Below, one piece after another: positions 27,845-36,776 of a stretch of DNA of 39,833 nt. The stretch comes from Promethearchaeota archaeon (GTDB lineage: Archaea; Asgardarchaeota; Lokiarchaeia; Sigyniarchaeales; SOKP01): contig JABXKD010000022.1 in assembly GCA_013375475.1 (NCBI GenBank), positions 1 through 39,833 of the forward strand, read 5' to 3'. The position numbers and the translations under genes are program-made. Below the pieces are notes generated by a model. That model did not search any database and was not told the DNA's origin. It worked only from the letters and a program-made list of their open reading frames with translations. How positions within the stretch are numbered: position 1 is the first letter of the stretch; each line of letters starts with the position of its first letter.

Positions 27845-28939
27845 ATGGTTATGGACGACTTCGATAATTTCTTGTTAGTGTTAACTACATCTATAAGCGG
27901 AACATTATTGGCAATTGGAGGTATTATTACTTTTATTTATGCGATTAGAAAAAGAAGTCAACTTATACTTCTATTTTCTGCGATGTGGTTGCTATACGGA
28001 GTTTTTTGGTTTATGGATGCTGCAGCGCATTATTTATATTCGATAACCATTATGGCCTTAGCGATAATTCCGCAGTTAATAGCAGTTCCCTGTATTGTTA
28101 TCTTTATTGAGTTAGTAAGAAAAGAACATGTAAATCCAATAAAAATTTCAATTCTAGCGATCATTGAAGCGATTGTGTTTTATATCACTTTTTTTATGGC
28201 CCCCAATGATAATTGGGATGTAATAGCTGGTTATGGGGTTCATAATAAAGGTATCCTTCGGATTTCTCAAATTGTTTTTATTTTTTATTTTGTTAGTTTG
28301 TATTATATCTGGAGTTATCAGACCTGGAGAAAGGCACCAGCTTCATTGAAGCGGTTAACTAACTTATTATTTATCGGGAGTACTCTTTTTTCAGTTGTAA
28401 CAGCAACCATGTATGCACTTGGGACATTTATAAGGACTTTTAATTCAATGGCTTTTATAGTTCATAGTGTGGGTGCTACTACTAACATAATCGTAATATT
28501 GAAGGACCCTAGAATTATAAATATACTACCATTTAAAGCATACAGAATTTTAGTAGTTGATACAAATGATAGTGTTGCTTTATTTAAGCACGATTGGGCG
28601 AAAGTGGGAAAAGATGAGGAAGATATGTTTTCTATGATGCTCCAAGCAATTGGAAATGTATTGGATGACATTTTAAAAAAAGGTGAAGTACAAGAAATAC
28701 AGATGGATAGAGCAGTTCTTCTTATTCACCACGATAAAAACCATTCAATCGCTTCAGTTTTAATTGCTTCAAAATCGTCAAAATCGCTAAGATATGGTCT
28801 AAAAAGATTTAATGAGGAGTTTGTTGAATCTTTCCAATCTACCCTTGATAACAAACAAGATATCGGTAGATTTAAAGGCACAAGCAAGATTGTTGAGAAA
28901 ATTTTTGATTTTGTACCTAGTTATAAAGAATATTATTAA
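27845..28939 (+). CDS. 7TM membrane protein with C-terminal longin/roadblock-like domain (paralog 1)
   Basis: About 7 hydrophobic helices (aa ~10-220), then a soluble domain (YRILVVD...LF...FSMMLQAI...GEVQEIQMD..VLLI...SVLIASK...LKRFNEEF). Confidence 0.7.
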   Translation: MVMDDFDNFLLVLTTSISGTLLAIGGIITFIYAIRKRSQLILLFSAMWLLYGVFWFMDAAAHYLYSITIMALAIIPQLIAVPCIVIFIELVRKEHVNPIKISILAIIEAIVFYITFFMAPNDNWDVIAGYGVHNKGILRISQIVFIFYFVSLYYIWSYQTWRKAPASLKRLTNLLFIGSTLFSVVTATMYALGTFIRTFNSMAFIVHSVGATTNIIVILKDPRIINILPFKAYRILVVDTNDSVALFKHDWAKVGKDEEDMFSMMLQAIGNVLDDILKKGEVQEIQMDRAVLLIHHDKNHSIASVLIASKSSKSLRYGLKRFNEEFVESFQSTLDNKQDIGRFKGTSKIVEKIFDFVPSYKEYY

Positions 28940-28952
28940 AAGGAGCAAAAAA

Positions 28953-30026
28953 ATGGTTAGTCTCGATAACGTAGTATTAGTAACATCAGCAGCAATTGCT
29001 GGAATATTAAATTTAATATGTTTTTTACTGCTATTCACCTATGCAAGAAAAAGAAATAATCGCTTAGTATATTTATTTTCAGCAAATTGGTTATTTCAGG
29101 CATTGTTTTGGATTTTTGATGCAACCTCTCACTTTTACTATGAAGAATTGCTTATGTCTATATCAATTATTCCGCAATTGATAGGTGTTCCATGTCTCTT
29201 TATCTTCATTGATCTTATTAAGAAAGAACGAGTAAGTTCTGTAAAGATCTCTATCTTGTTTCTACTTGAGGTATTGTTATTGATTTTGAGTTTTTTACCA
29301 GGTGAGTTGCATGTAATCCCCGGTTATGGCGTCCATAGTGTTGGTGCTCTTCGGATTATGCAAATAGTTTTTCTGATCTATTATGTGATGACTTTTTTCA
29401 GTTGGAGCTATCTGACATGGAAAAAGGCTCCAAAAGAATTGAAGCAGTTAGTTAATTTTTTATTGTTCGGGAGTATTTTATTTTCTTTTGTAACTGCTTT
29501 CATGTATGCCCTCGGAGGGATTATTAAAGTTTTTAATTCTATAGGATTTGTCACCCACAGTCTCGGTGCATTATTTATGATTATCGTAATATGGAGGGAT
29601 CCTAGGATTATCTACATTCTACCTTTCAAAGCATATAGAATTTTAGTAGTCGATACAAACGCAGGAACGGGTCTTTTTAAATATGATTGGGCTGAGCTAA
29701 AAGCAGTTGATGAAAATATCTTTTCGATGGTTCTCCAAGCAGTGGGAAGCATATTGGATGAAGTCTTAAAGAAAGGAGAAATCCGCGAAATTAAAATGGA
29801 TCAAGCAGTTCTTCTTATTCAGCACGAAAGAAACTCACCTGTAGCATCAGTTTTAGTAACCTCAAAATCATCAAAATCGTTAAAATATGGGCTTAAAAAG
29901 TTTAATAGCGAATTCATAGAGACTTTCCAATCTCAGTTTGACGGATTATATGAAGTTAGTAGGTTTAGGGATGCTAAAAAACTAGTTGAACACATTTTCG
30001 ATTTTGTACCTGTGTATCAAGATTAA
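28953..30026 (+). CDS. 7TM membrane protein with C-terminal longin/roadblock-like domain (paralog 2)
   Basis: Colinear with paralog 1 (IIPQLI, GYGVH, DPRII.ILPFKAYRILVVDTN, SKSSKSL.YGLK, IFDFVP). Start is ATG 28953 behind AGGAG, not the ORF-track start 28812. Confidence 0.7.
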   Translation: MVSLDNVVLVTSAAIAGILNLICFLLLFTYARKRNNRLVYLFSANWLFQALFWIFDATSHFYYEELLMSISIIPQLIGVPCLFIFIDLIKKERVSSVKISILFLLEVLLLILSFLPGELHVIPGYGVHSVGALRIMQIVFLIYYVMTFFSWSYLTWKKAPKELKQLVNFLLFGSILFSFVTAFMYALGGIIKVFNSIGFVTHSLGALFMIIVIWRDPRIIYILPFKAYRILVVDTNAGTGLFKYDWAELKAVDENIFSMVLQAVGSILDEVLKKGEIREIKMDQAVLLIQHERNSPVASVLVTSKSSKSLKYGLKKFNSEFIETFQSQFDGLYEVSRFRDAKKLVEHIFDFVPVYQD

Positions 30027-30056
30027 TAAGAAAACAGATAAAAACGGAAAAATAAT

Positions 30057-30608
30057 TTAAACTTTCAAATCTTTATATTTTAAGTATAAATTTTCAATAA
30101 TAGAATTAAACGCTTCAACAACCCCTTGTCCGGTTTTTGCTGAAGTTATAAAATATCCAAGAAAATTATTTTCCTTTACGAGTTCAGCACATTTTGTTGT
30201 ATCAATTTTTTTCTCGTCTACTAAATCAACTTTATTTGCACAAATAACGACGGGTATCACTCCACAATACGAAAAAATATCTTTAACCCAATTTTGAATA
30301 TGCTTAAAACTGTCTTCTCCGAGTTTATTATATTCTAAACTACATACAACAATAGCCGCTCGACTATCTTTAAAAAAAGCTGGTCGTAGAAAATTGAAGT
30401 CGTCTTGACCAGCAATGTCCCAGAATAACAATTTGACTTTATCTCCTTCGATCTCTTTATCGTATACAGAAAATTGAGCCCCGATTGTTTTAATATAATC
30501 CTTAGTGAAGGTTTCATTCGTGAACTTTTGAATTAGAGAGGTTTTACCTACTCCACCATCTCCTATGACCGTGATTTTAAACCCAAATTCTCTAGCAAGT
30601 TCAGTCAT
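30057..30608 (-). CDS. Rab-like small GTPase (paralog 1)
   Basis: G1 GDGGVGKT, G2 YIKTIG, G3 WDIAGQ, G4 NKVD, G5 TSAK. No C-terminal Cys prenylation motif. Confidence 0.93.
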   Translation of the reverse strand: MTELAREFGFKITVIGDGGVGKTSLIQKFTNETFTKDYIKTIGAQFSVYDKEIEGDKVKLLFWDIAGQDDFNFLRPAFFKDSRAAIVVCSLEYNKLGEDSFKHIQNWVKDIFSYCGVIPVVICANKVDLVDEKKIDTTKCAELVKENNFLGYFITSAKTGQGVVEAFNSIIENLYLKYKDLKV

Positions 30609-30903
30609 TCAAATTCTCCGCTAATCATAAGAATTCTTATATATAATATATATTAGTTCCTTTTTTGAATTTAAAGCTTTAGTATGAATAAAATAAGTAT
30701 GAAGTTCCAAAAACCTAAGCATCGCATTGAATGCCAGTTGTAAATGAATAGAATTTAGTTTGTTGCTAACCAACCACGATTACTTTAGAATTTATTTCCA
30801 GTTTTTAATTCAATATTTTATGTGGAGTTTGATTAAAGTTTAGAATAAATATATATAAATAAACTCTTATATAATATATAGTGTATACACATCATTATAA
30901 ACT

Positions 30904-32832
30904 ATGCCTACACCTATTAATTTTCCTCCAGAAGAAGTTATAAAACCGATCTTTGGTAAAAAAGATTTTGAATTAATCATATTGTGGATGTTAAATAACA
31001 ACGAAGTGTGTTCGTGGTCTAATTTGAAGCAATTGGTCAAACCATCCACTCTATCAATTTATCTTAAGAACTTACAGGAAAAGGCATTAATTGTAAAAAA
31101 GGAGTTCAATCAGTACAGTATTTCCTCTAAAGGTAAAGACAGGTTTTATGATATATCTCAAGCTAAAAAAACAAAGAGAAAACTAAACTTTCCACCGGAT
31201 GTAATATTGTGGAAGAGAAATTACGACCATTGGATACTTTGGATGGTATATAACAATAGCTTTTGTAAATGGGCAGATTTTCTTAATCAACCTCTTTCGA
31301 TTAATAATTCTTCTCTTTCAAAAAACATGAATATCTTAATAGAGAATGATTTTGTTAGGAAAGAAAACAAGGAATATAGAATTACTCAATTGGGTAAATC
31401 AGAATATTCTAATATGCTAAGAGATTATGATTTAGACCGACAATCCATTTTGGAAGAAGAAGGTAAACGAATTCAAGATATTACTAAAAAAACGCTAAAA
31501 TTCTTCAAAAAGTTCAGAATAACAGAAGAAGAAACTAAATTCCGATTTCTTAATAACCTCTTACGGTTACCCTATGAAAGAGTCAAATCAAACTTAGATA
31601 GCGAAGAAGATTTCCATAAAATATTACTCTTTTTATCTATAAATCACCCTACGCAATACCCCAATTCTATATCAACAGAAAAGTTCGCATTAAAGTATCA
31701 GATGGAACTTGTGACTCTCGAGTACTATTTACATCAAATTGTTGAAAAACAAATCTATCCAACAAAATTTTTTAAATTGAATGCGGATTCTGCTGGAAAT
31801 TATTACCTACAAACAAACGAAAAGCTTGAACAGATATTAAACGCGATTGTCGAAGAACACATTACTCGATTTACATATTTAAATAAGCTCTACGAAGACG
31901 AAAAAGATAAAACCTATTCGCGTAGTTTAGAATCAGCTATTAATGCTATCTTAAAAGAAGCTTGCGGAAATCTCTTTAAACAAGGGATATGTGGGGCTTT
32001 ACGGAGATTTTTACCAGACTATATCGACTATCTGGCCTATAAAGTGGAAAAAGAGAAAAAACTATTCGATGCATACGATAAGTTAAAAGGTTTAATATGG
32101 CACGAAATCCTAGTCTATAGTTCAGAAAAGAAAATCGCACAGAAATACGAAAACTACGAAGAAAGTATACAAGAGATTAACGAAGCTATAAGTTCAAATC
32201 CTGAGGATTTTGATCTTTATCTTTCTAAACAGAGCGTGTTGATTTATTTTAACAAATATGATGAAATTTTAAGTTTCTTAGACGAAATTATTAAAAGATT
32301 TCCTAACGAACATAAAAATGTTGAGATTAAAAGGGCATACATTCTAAAGGAACAGAGAAACATCGAAACTGGTCTCGAAATTATCAATAATCTTATAGTA
32401 AATTATCCAGATGATAAAGATTTACTTGTTTATAAGGCATATTGGTTACAATATTTAGCTAAAAAAGAAGAAGCTATTGAGACAATTCAAGAATTAATAG
32501 AGGAGAATCCCAATAACGGAATGTACCACGATACATACGGAGAAATGTTAATGTCTTTTCAAGATTATGCTACCGCTAAAAACGAATTTCTTGCGTCAAT
32601 TGATATAAGCTCCGAGGACTGGTACATCTTCCAAACTTACATTAAATTAGGAATCTGCGATAAAGAACTAGGAAATTTAGAACTTGCTCTCGACAATTTG
32701 AATAGAGGAAAAAAATTGATGGAAACAAGCAAATCTGAAGAAGAAACCAAACAAAAATGGCTCCAAATTGCAAATCTATTTCTCGCAGAGATTGAACTTT
32801 TGCGTCAAAGTAAAGGTAGTTATAGCAAATAA
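30904..32832 (+). CDS. Double winged-helix plus TPR repeat protein (paralog 1)
   Basis: Two internal repeats (NFPP...ILWM..NN..C.W...S.LS..L..L.......Y.I...GK), then C-terminal TPR motifs (NPNNGMYHDTYGEML, TYIKLGIC). Confidence 0.8.
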   Translation: MPTPINFPPEEVIKPIFGKKDFELIILWMLNNNEVCSWSNLKQLVKPSTLSIYLKNLQEKALIVKKEFNQYSISSKGKDRFYDISQAKKTKRKLNFPPDVILWKRNYDHWILWMVYNNSFCKWADFLNQPLSINNSSLSKNMNILIENDFVRKENKEYRITQLGKSEYSNMLRDYDLDRQSILEEEGKRIQDITKKTLKFFKKFRITEEETKFRFLNNLLRLPYERVKSNLDSEEDFHKILLFLSINHPTQYPNSISTEKFALKYQMELVTLEYYLHQIVEKQIYPTKFFKLNADSAGNYYLQTNEKLEQILNAIVEEHITRFTYLNKLYEDEKDKTYSRSLESAINAILKEACGNLFKQGICGALRRFLPDYIDYLAYKVEKEKKLFDAYDKLKGLIWHEILVYSSEKKIAQKYENYEESIQEINEAISSNPEDFDLYLSKQSVLIYFNKYDEILSFLDEIIKRFPNEHKNVEIKRAYILKEQRNIETGLEIINNLIVNYPDDKDLLVYKAYWLQYLAKKEEAIETIQELIEENPNNGMYHDTYGEMLMSFQDYATAKNEFLASIDISSEDWYIFQTYIKLGICDKELGNLELALDNLNRGKKLMETSKSEEETKQKWLQIANLFLAEIELLRQSKGSYSK

Positions 32833-32931
32833 GTTTAATTTACATGCAATCTGTAATTTTTTAATTATAAAATATTAAAAATTCTCAAAAATACATTACA
32901 TTAATTATTAAAAAAGATATAAAATGAGGGA

Positions 32932-34203
32932 GTGAACAGTAACTTGATAACAAGCGAGCTTGTCCATGATGAGAGAATACGAGAAATTATTAATTCAGAT
33001 TATAAAAATGATGATTTCGTGAATTTAATGCGAAATATTACTCAAAACGCTATTGAAATGAATTCTTTTTATAAAGAACACACAACTAAGGAGAATTTCA
33101 ATTTAGATGATTTGAATAAAATTGACGATTTAGCTTTAATTCCTACCGTACCTGGTATTCTTTTCAAAGAATCAATGGGCCACTATGAAAAACTTTTAAA
33201 AATTCCTTTAGAATCTCCTGAGTTTGAGCTATGGAATGTTTCCTCTTGTACTTCAGGAGATCCGTCCTTAGTCGGCCGCTCAAAAGATGATATTGAACTT
33301 TTAGCGAGCATGACTATTAAATGCATTTACGAATTCATTCCAATTCCAAAAGATGAATGGTTTAACACTATTTCATTTGATTTCGCACCAAGCGTGACAT
33401 TCTTAAATAGGATTGCCATGAGATACACAAAAGTTAGACCTATCAAATTATACGGGAGTATCCTCCATGAAATATCTACAAGAATGTCGAACCCGAAATT
33501 CTTAATTAAATTCTTTCCACTTAAAGCACTCAAGGCAATGATCGAAAAGCGAGGACTCGCGGGTGCTTTTGGAATAAATACAAAATATGTTTTTAACCAA
33601 GTAAGAAAAAATTTAGAAAAACCAAAGGATAAGCAAAAGCATATCTCGTTCGGAGGAAGCATTCATTTACTAAATACATTTATGAATACAATCATGAAAG
33701 AAAGAAACATTAAATTCGACTTACCTGATAGTGTAGTAAATTTTGGCGGCGGGGGATGGAACGGACACAAATCTCAGTTGAAATATCCTCCCATAGATAA
33801 AGCCAAATTTGTTGCTGATTGTGTAGATTATTTTGGTACTAAACCTGAGAGAATCACGGATATGTTTGGTTTTACTGAAACGCCGATAACTTTTGGTAGT
33901 CACTGGTCAGATAAGCATCAGGATTTTATATTTCATTGCCCTTCTCAAGCACGGATCATAATTAGGGATTTAATTTCTCAAGAGCCATTAAGCAACGCCG
34001 GTGAAAAAGGTTTTTTAGAAGTTCTTACTCCATTTGGTGTAGCCGCGTCCGTAAATCACGCTGTAACGGTTAATGATTTGGTAGAAATAGTAGCTAAAAA
34101 TAAATGTCCGGAGTGTGGATATGAAGGTGACACATTTCTTGTTCATGGTAGAATTGAGGATAAAAAGGGTCTCGGATGTTCCTCAATACTAGAATGGATT
34201 TAG
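32932..34203 (+). CDS. LuxE/PaaK-like acyl-protein synthetase (ANL superfamily)
   Basis: P-loop SSCTSGDPS, GGGGW, DMFGFTE, GFLEVLTP, D..., GRI and C-terminal GCS (candidate acylated Cys, as in LuxE). Confidence 0.75.
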   Translation: MNSNLITSELVHDERIREIINSDYKNDDFVNLMRNITQNAIEMNSFYKEHTTKENFNLDDLNKIDDLALIPTVPGILFKESMGHYEKLLKIPLESPEFELWNVSSCTSGDPSLVGRSKDDIELLASMTIKCIYEFIPIPKDEWFNTISFDFAPSVTFLNRIAMRYTKVRPIKLYGSILHEISTRMSNPKFLIKFFPLKALKAMIEKRGLAGAFGINTKYVFNQVRKNLEKPKDKQKHISFGGSIHLLNTFMNTIMKERNIKFDLPDSVVNFGGGGWNGHKSQLKYPPIDKAKFVADCVDYFGTKPERITDMFGFTETPITFGSHWSDKHQDFIFHCPSQARIIIRDLISQEPLSNAGEKGFLEVLTPFGVAASVNHAVTVNDLVEIVAKNKCPECGYEGDTFLVHGRIEDKKGLGCSSILEWI

Positions 34204-34279
34204 CCAGTTAACTAAGAACTTTCAATAAAACAGAAATTCTTCGTTTTCTTAAAGTAGAATAGACTTCCCGCCTATTAGG

Positions 34280-34699
34280 CTAAAGAGCATCTGCTCGTTT
34301 TTCTATTAATTCCATTTTTTCAGATATTGTTTTAAAACGATTAGTTTTGATTCTAACGGACATATCTTTCCAGATTGAGCGGTAGTGGTAAAAATATTCT
34401 GAAATTTCAAGTGCATCTCCAAAAAGTACTTGATAATTCTTAATAACCTCTATCTTTAGATATAAGGGCAATAATTCAAACATCTTGATATCATATTTCT
34501 CATTAAATACGCCAAAAGTATCTTTCCAAATAGTAATATTCTTAATTTTATTTTGATGTTGAGTGATAATTGCAATATCAATATCTGATTTATAAGGAAT
34601 ATAATATTTCGAAAGGAAACTCCCATAAATAACAACTTGATAGTTTTTCAATTTTGCTAAATCCTTTCTAATCTTATTTAGATAGTTGAAGGCGTTCAT
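34280..34699 (-). CDS. mntA: Minimal nucleotidyltransferase (MNT) antitoxin
   Basis: YGSF...SDIDIA, YDIKMFELLPLYLK and VLFGD. Overlaps the HEPN gene by 26 bp. Confidence 0.85.
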   Translation of the reverse strand: MNAFNYLNKIRKDLAKLKNYQVVIYGSFLSKYYIPYKSDIDIAIITQHQNKIKNITIWKDTFGVFNEKYDIKMFELLPLYLKIEVIKNYQVLFGDALEISEYFYHYRSIWKDMSVRIKTNRFKTISEKMELIEKRADAL

Positions 34700-35087
34700 T
34701 AATTAATTCCTCGATAAGTGAAACAAACTTTTTCAAAATCTCAACAAAATGTACTTTTTCTTTAATAATTTGTTCTTCTTCGATTTTATTGTACCTATGA
34801 ACCAAAGCATTTCGTAGCCCATTTAAACGCCGAAGCTCATTCGAATAATCTCTTGAAAATATATCCAGTGTCTCTAATTCATCAATATTAGAATAATCAT
34901 CTTTAACAGTAATGCCTAAATCTTTGCATAGCATAGCAACTACATCCATTGCAGCATCAACTGAAATCTGAAGTCGATAAAATAACGCATCCAAAAAAAA
35001 GATATTTTCTTCAACATTATTGGGTAAGACGGTTATTCTATCTACTATAAATTCTAATTTTCGACGGTATTGATCAATCCGCTTCAT
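34674..35087 (-). CDS. hepT: HEPN (DUF86) RNase toxin
   Basis: RNALVHRY matches RX4HXY; also LQISVDAAMD. Confidence 0.88.
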   Translation of the reverse strand: MKRIDQYRRKLEFIVDRITVLPNNVEENIFFLDALFYRLQISVDAAMDVVAMLCKDLGITVKDDYSNIDELETLDIFSRDYSNELRRLNGLRNALVHRYNKIEEEQIIKEKVHFVEILKKFVSLIEELINERLQLSK

Positions 35088-35288
35088 GAGCCTTACTTTG
35101 GAAATAATTGGAAAACTTTTTGTTTCTCATTAAGATAGAAATCTCTCATTTTATTTATATTAATATCTAATAAACAAGTATTTCTGTTATATTATTTGTA
35201 GTTGTTTCACAAAGAAAAAGATATAAATTATAGACAAAATGGAAAAATCTTGCTTAAACAAAAGTAAATTTCCTTCTTGGATTAATAA

Positions 35289-35515
35289 TCATATCCTTTC
35301 TATAAGTATTGAGATTACATTGTTTCCAAATCCTCCGAAATTGCATGTGATGCCCGTTTCAGCGCGATCAAATTGTCTTTTAGCTGTTTCTCCCCTTAAT
35401 TGCCAGACTAATTCTACAACTTGAGCTACACCCTTGGCTCCAAGTGGATGACCTCTTGCCTTCAATCCCCCGGAAGAATTAATAGGGATTTTCCACCAAT
35501 CTCGGTAATCTTATT
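35289..35515 (-). pseudogene. Thiolase (SCP2/archaeal type) C-terminal remnant with a 1-bp frameshift
   Basis: Manual translation: ..KITEIGG / KIPINSSGGLKARGHPLGAKGVAQVVELVWQLRGETAKRQFDRAETGITCNFGGFGNNVISILIERI*. No start and no N-terminal ~300 aa. Confidence 0.85.
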
Positions 35516-35531
35516 CAATATTAAGCTTCCT

Positions 35532-36074
35532 TTAAGATAAGTGCTTATATGTATTATAAAGCCTTTTAATAATAGTATTAAATGCTTCATTAACTCCTTC
35601 ACCGGTTTTAGCGCTAGTTCTATAAAACCCAAGGAAGTTGTGCTTATCTACTAATTTTTGGATTTTAGAATCATCAAAATTGTATTGATCCACTAAATCT
35701 ACTTTATTTGCAAAGAGAACGACCGGAATCTCACCACAGTATTTTGAGATATCATTATACCAATCAAATATGTGATTAAAACTTTTTTTTCCAAAGTTAT
35801 TATCTTCCAGAGAATAGATAATTACAGCCGCATCACTTTTATTGTAAAAAGAGGTTCGTAAAAAATTAAAGTCAACTTGGCCAGCAATATCCCAAAATAA
35901 TAATCTAATTTTATCCTCATTAATTTCTTGATCAAATACGAAAAATTGTGCTCCAATAGTTTTAATATAATCCTGCTTAAAAGAGCCTTTTGTGAATTTT
36001 TTAATTAGTGAGGTCTTACCGACCTTTCCATCACCGATGACAGTAATTTTAAACTTTAATTTCATTCCAAACAC
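35532..36074 (-). CDS. Rab-like small GTPase (paralog 2)
   Basis: GDGKVGKT, YIKTIG, WDIAGQ, NKVD and TSAK. Colinear with 30057..30608. Confidence 0.93.
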   Translation of the reverse strand: MFGMKLKFKITVIGDGKVGKTSLIKKFTKGSFKQDYIKTIGAQFFVFDQEINEDKIRLLFWDIAGQVDFNFLRTSFYNKSDAAVIIYSLEDNNFGKKSFNHIFDWYNDISKYCGEIPVVLFANKVDLVDQYNFDDSKIQKLVDKHNFLGFYRTSAKTGEGVNEAFNTIIKRLYNTYKHLS

Positions 36075-36402
36075 ATTTAAGATTTACTTTTTAACGGAAT
36101 GAACCGGGTATATATTTGGATTTACGAAAAAGAAGTTAAGTTCATATAAAAGGTTTTTTAATAAGATGGTGGATTTCTTCTAACTATGCCTTATTTTTAA
36201 GTATGTTTCATCTATAATTGCAAAAAGTTATAAAAACTCCATGCCTTATTTCGGCAGACCAAAAAAAATTCGGTTATTGACTATTTCTTGGATACCAGCT
36301 TTATACAAAAATTATGGTTTTCTATACTTATAATTGAAATCTTCAAAAATATTTAAAAAGGAGAATAATAAAAAAATTATTAATTAAGACTAAAAAGCAT
36401 TC

Positions 36403-36606
36403 CTATAAATTTTTCAAACCAAATTTGAATTTTTCAGGATTTAGATAATAATATCCTTCTGATTTTTTCCATTTCTTAAGCAATTGTGCCTTAGTTTCTT
36501 TAATTTCTTCTTCCAATGTGAAAGGAATCCGTTTTTGTTCAACAGGGAGTTCTTCCATAAAGATTTGTTCATTTTCAAAAACAGGTTTTTTATAAGCTTC
36601 AACCAT
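36403..36606 (-). CDS. Small hypothetical protein
   Basis: 67-aa ORF with ATG start in an otherwise empty intergenic space; protein-like composition. Confidence 0.5.
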   Translation of the reverse strand: MVEAYKKPVFENEQIFMEELPVEQKRIPFTLEEEIKETKAQLLKKWKKSEGYYYLNPEKFKFGLKNL

Positions 36607-36776
36607 TTCTTTTACACCATTATTTTTTTTTACTTAATAGTAAAATGATTATTATTGCATATATAGTCTAGTTTGGTGAAGTATAGATGGAGTCTTGGAT
36701 TTACTATGGATCATAAACTATAAATAGAATTTTACTTACTATTATCTTAAGGCTCATTAAATAAGGAGTACCAAGT

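Noticed and set aside
28812-28952. 47-aa N-terminal extension of the second 7TM protein
   Set aside because: It overlaps paralog 1; the SD and the paralog alignment support ATG 28953.
32932-34203. Bioluminescence operon
   Set aside because: No luxA, luxB, luxC or luxD is present.
35239-35424. 61-aa plus-strand ORF
   Set aside because: It is the antisense shadow of the thiolase remnant.
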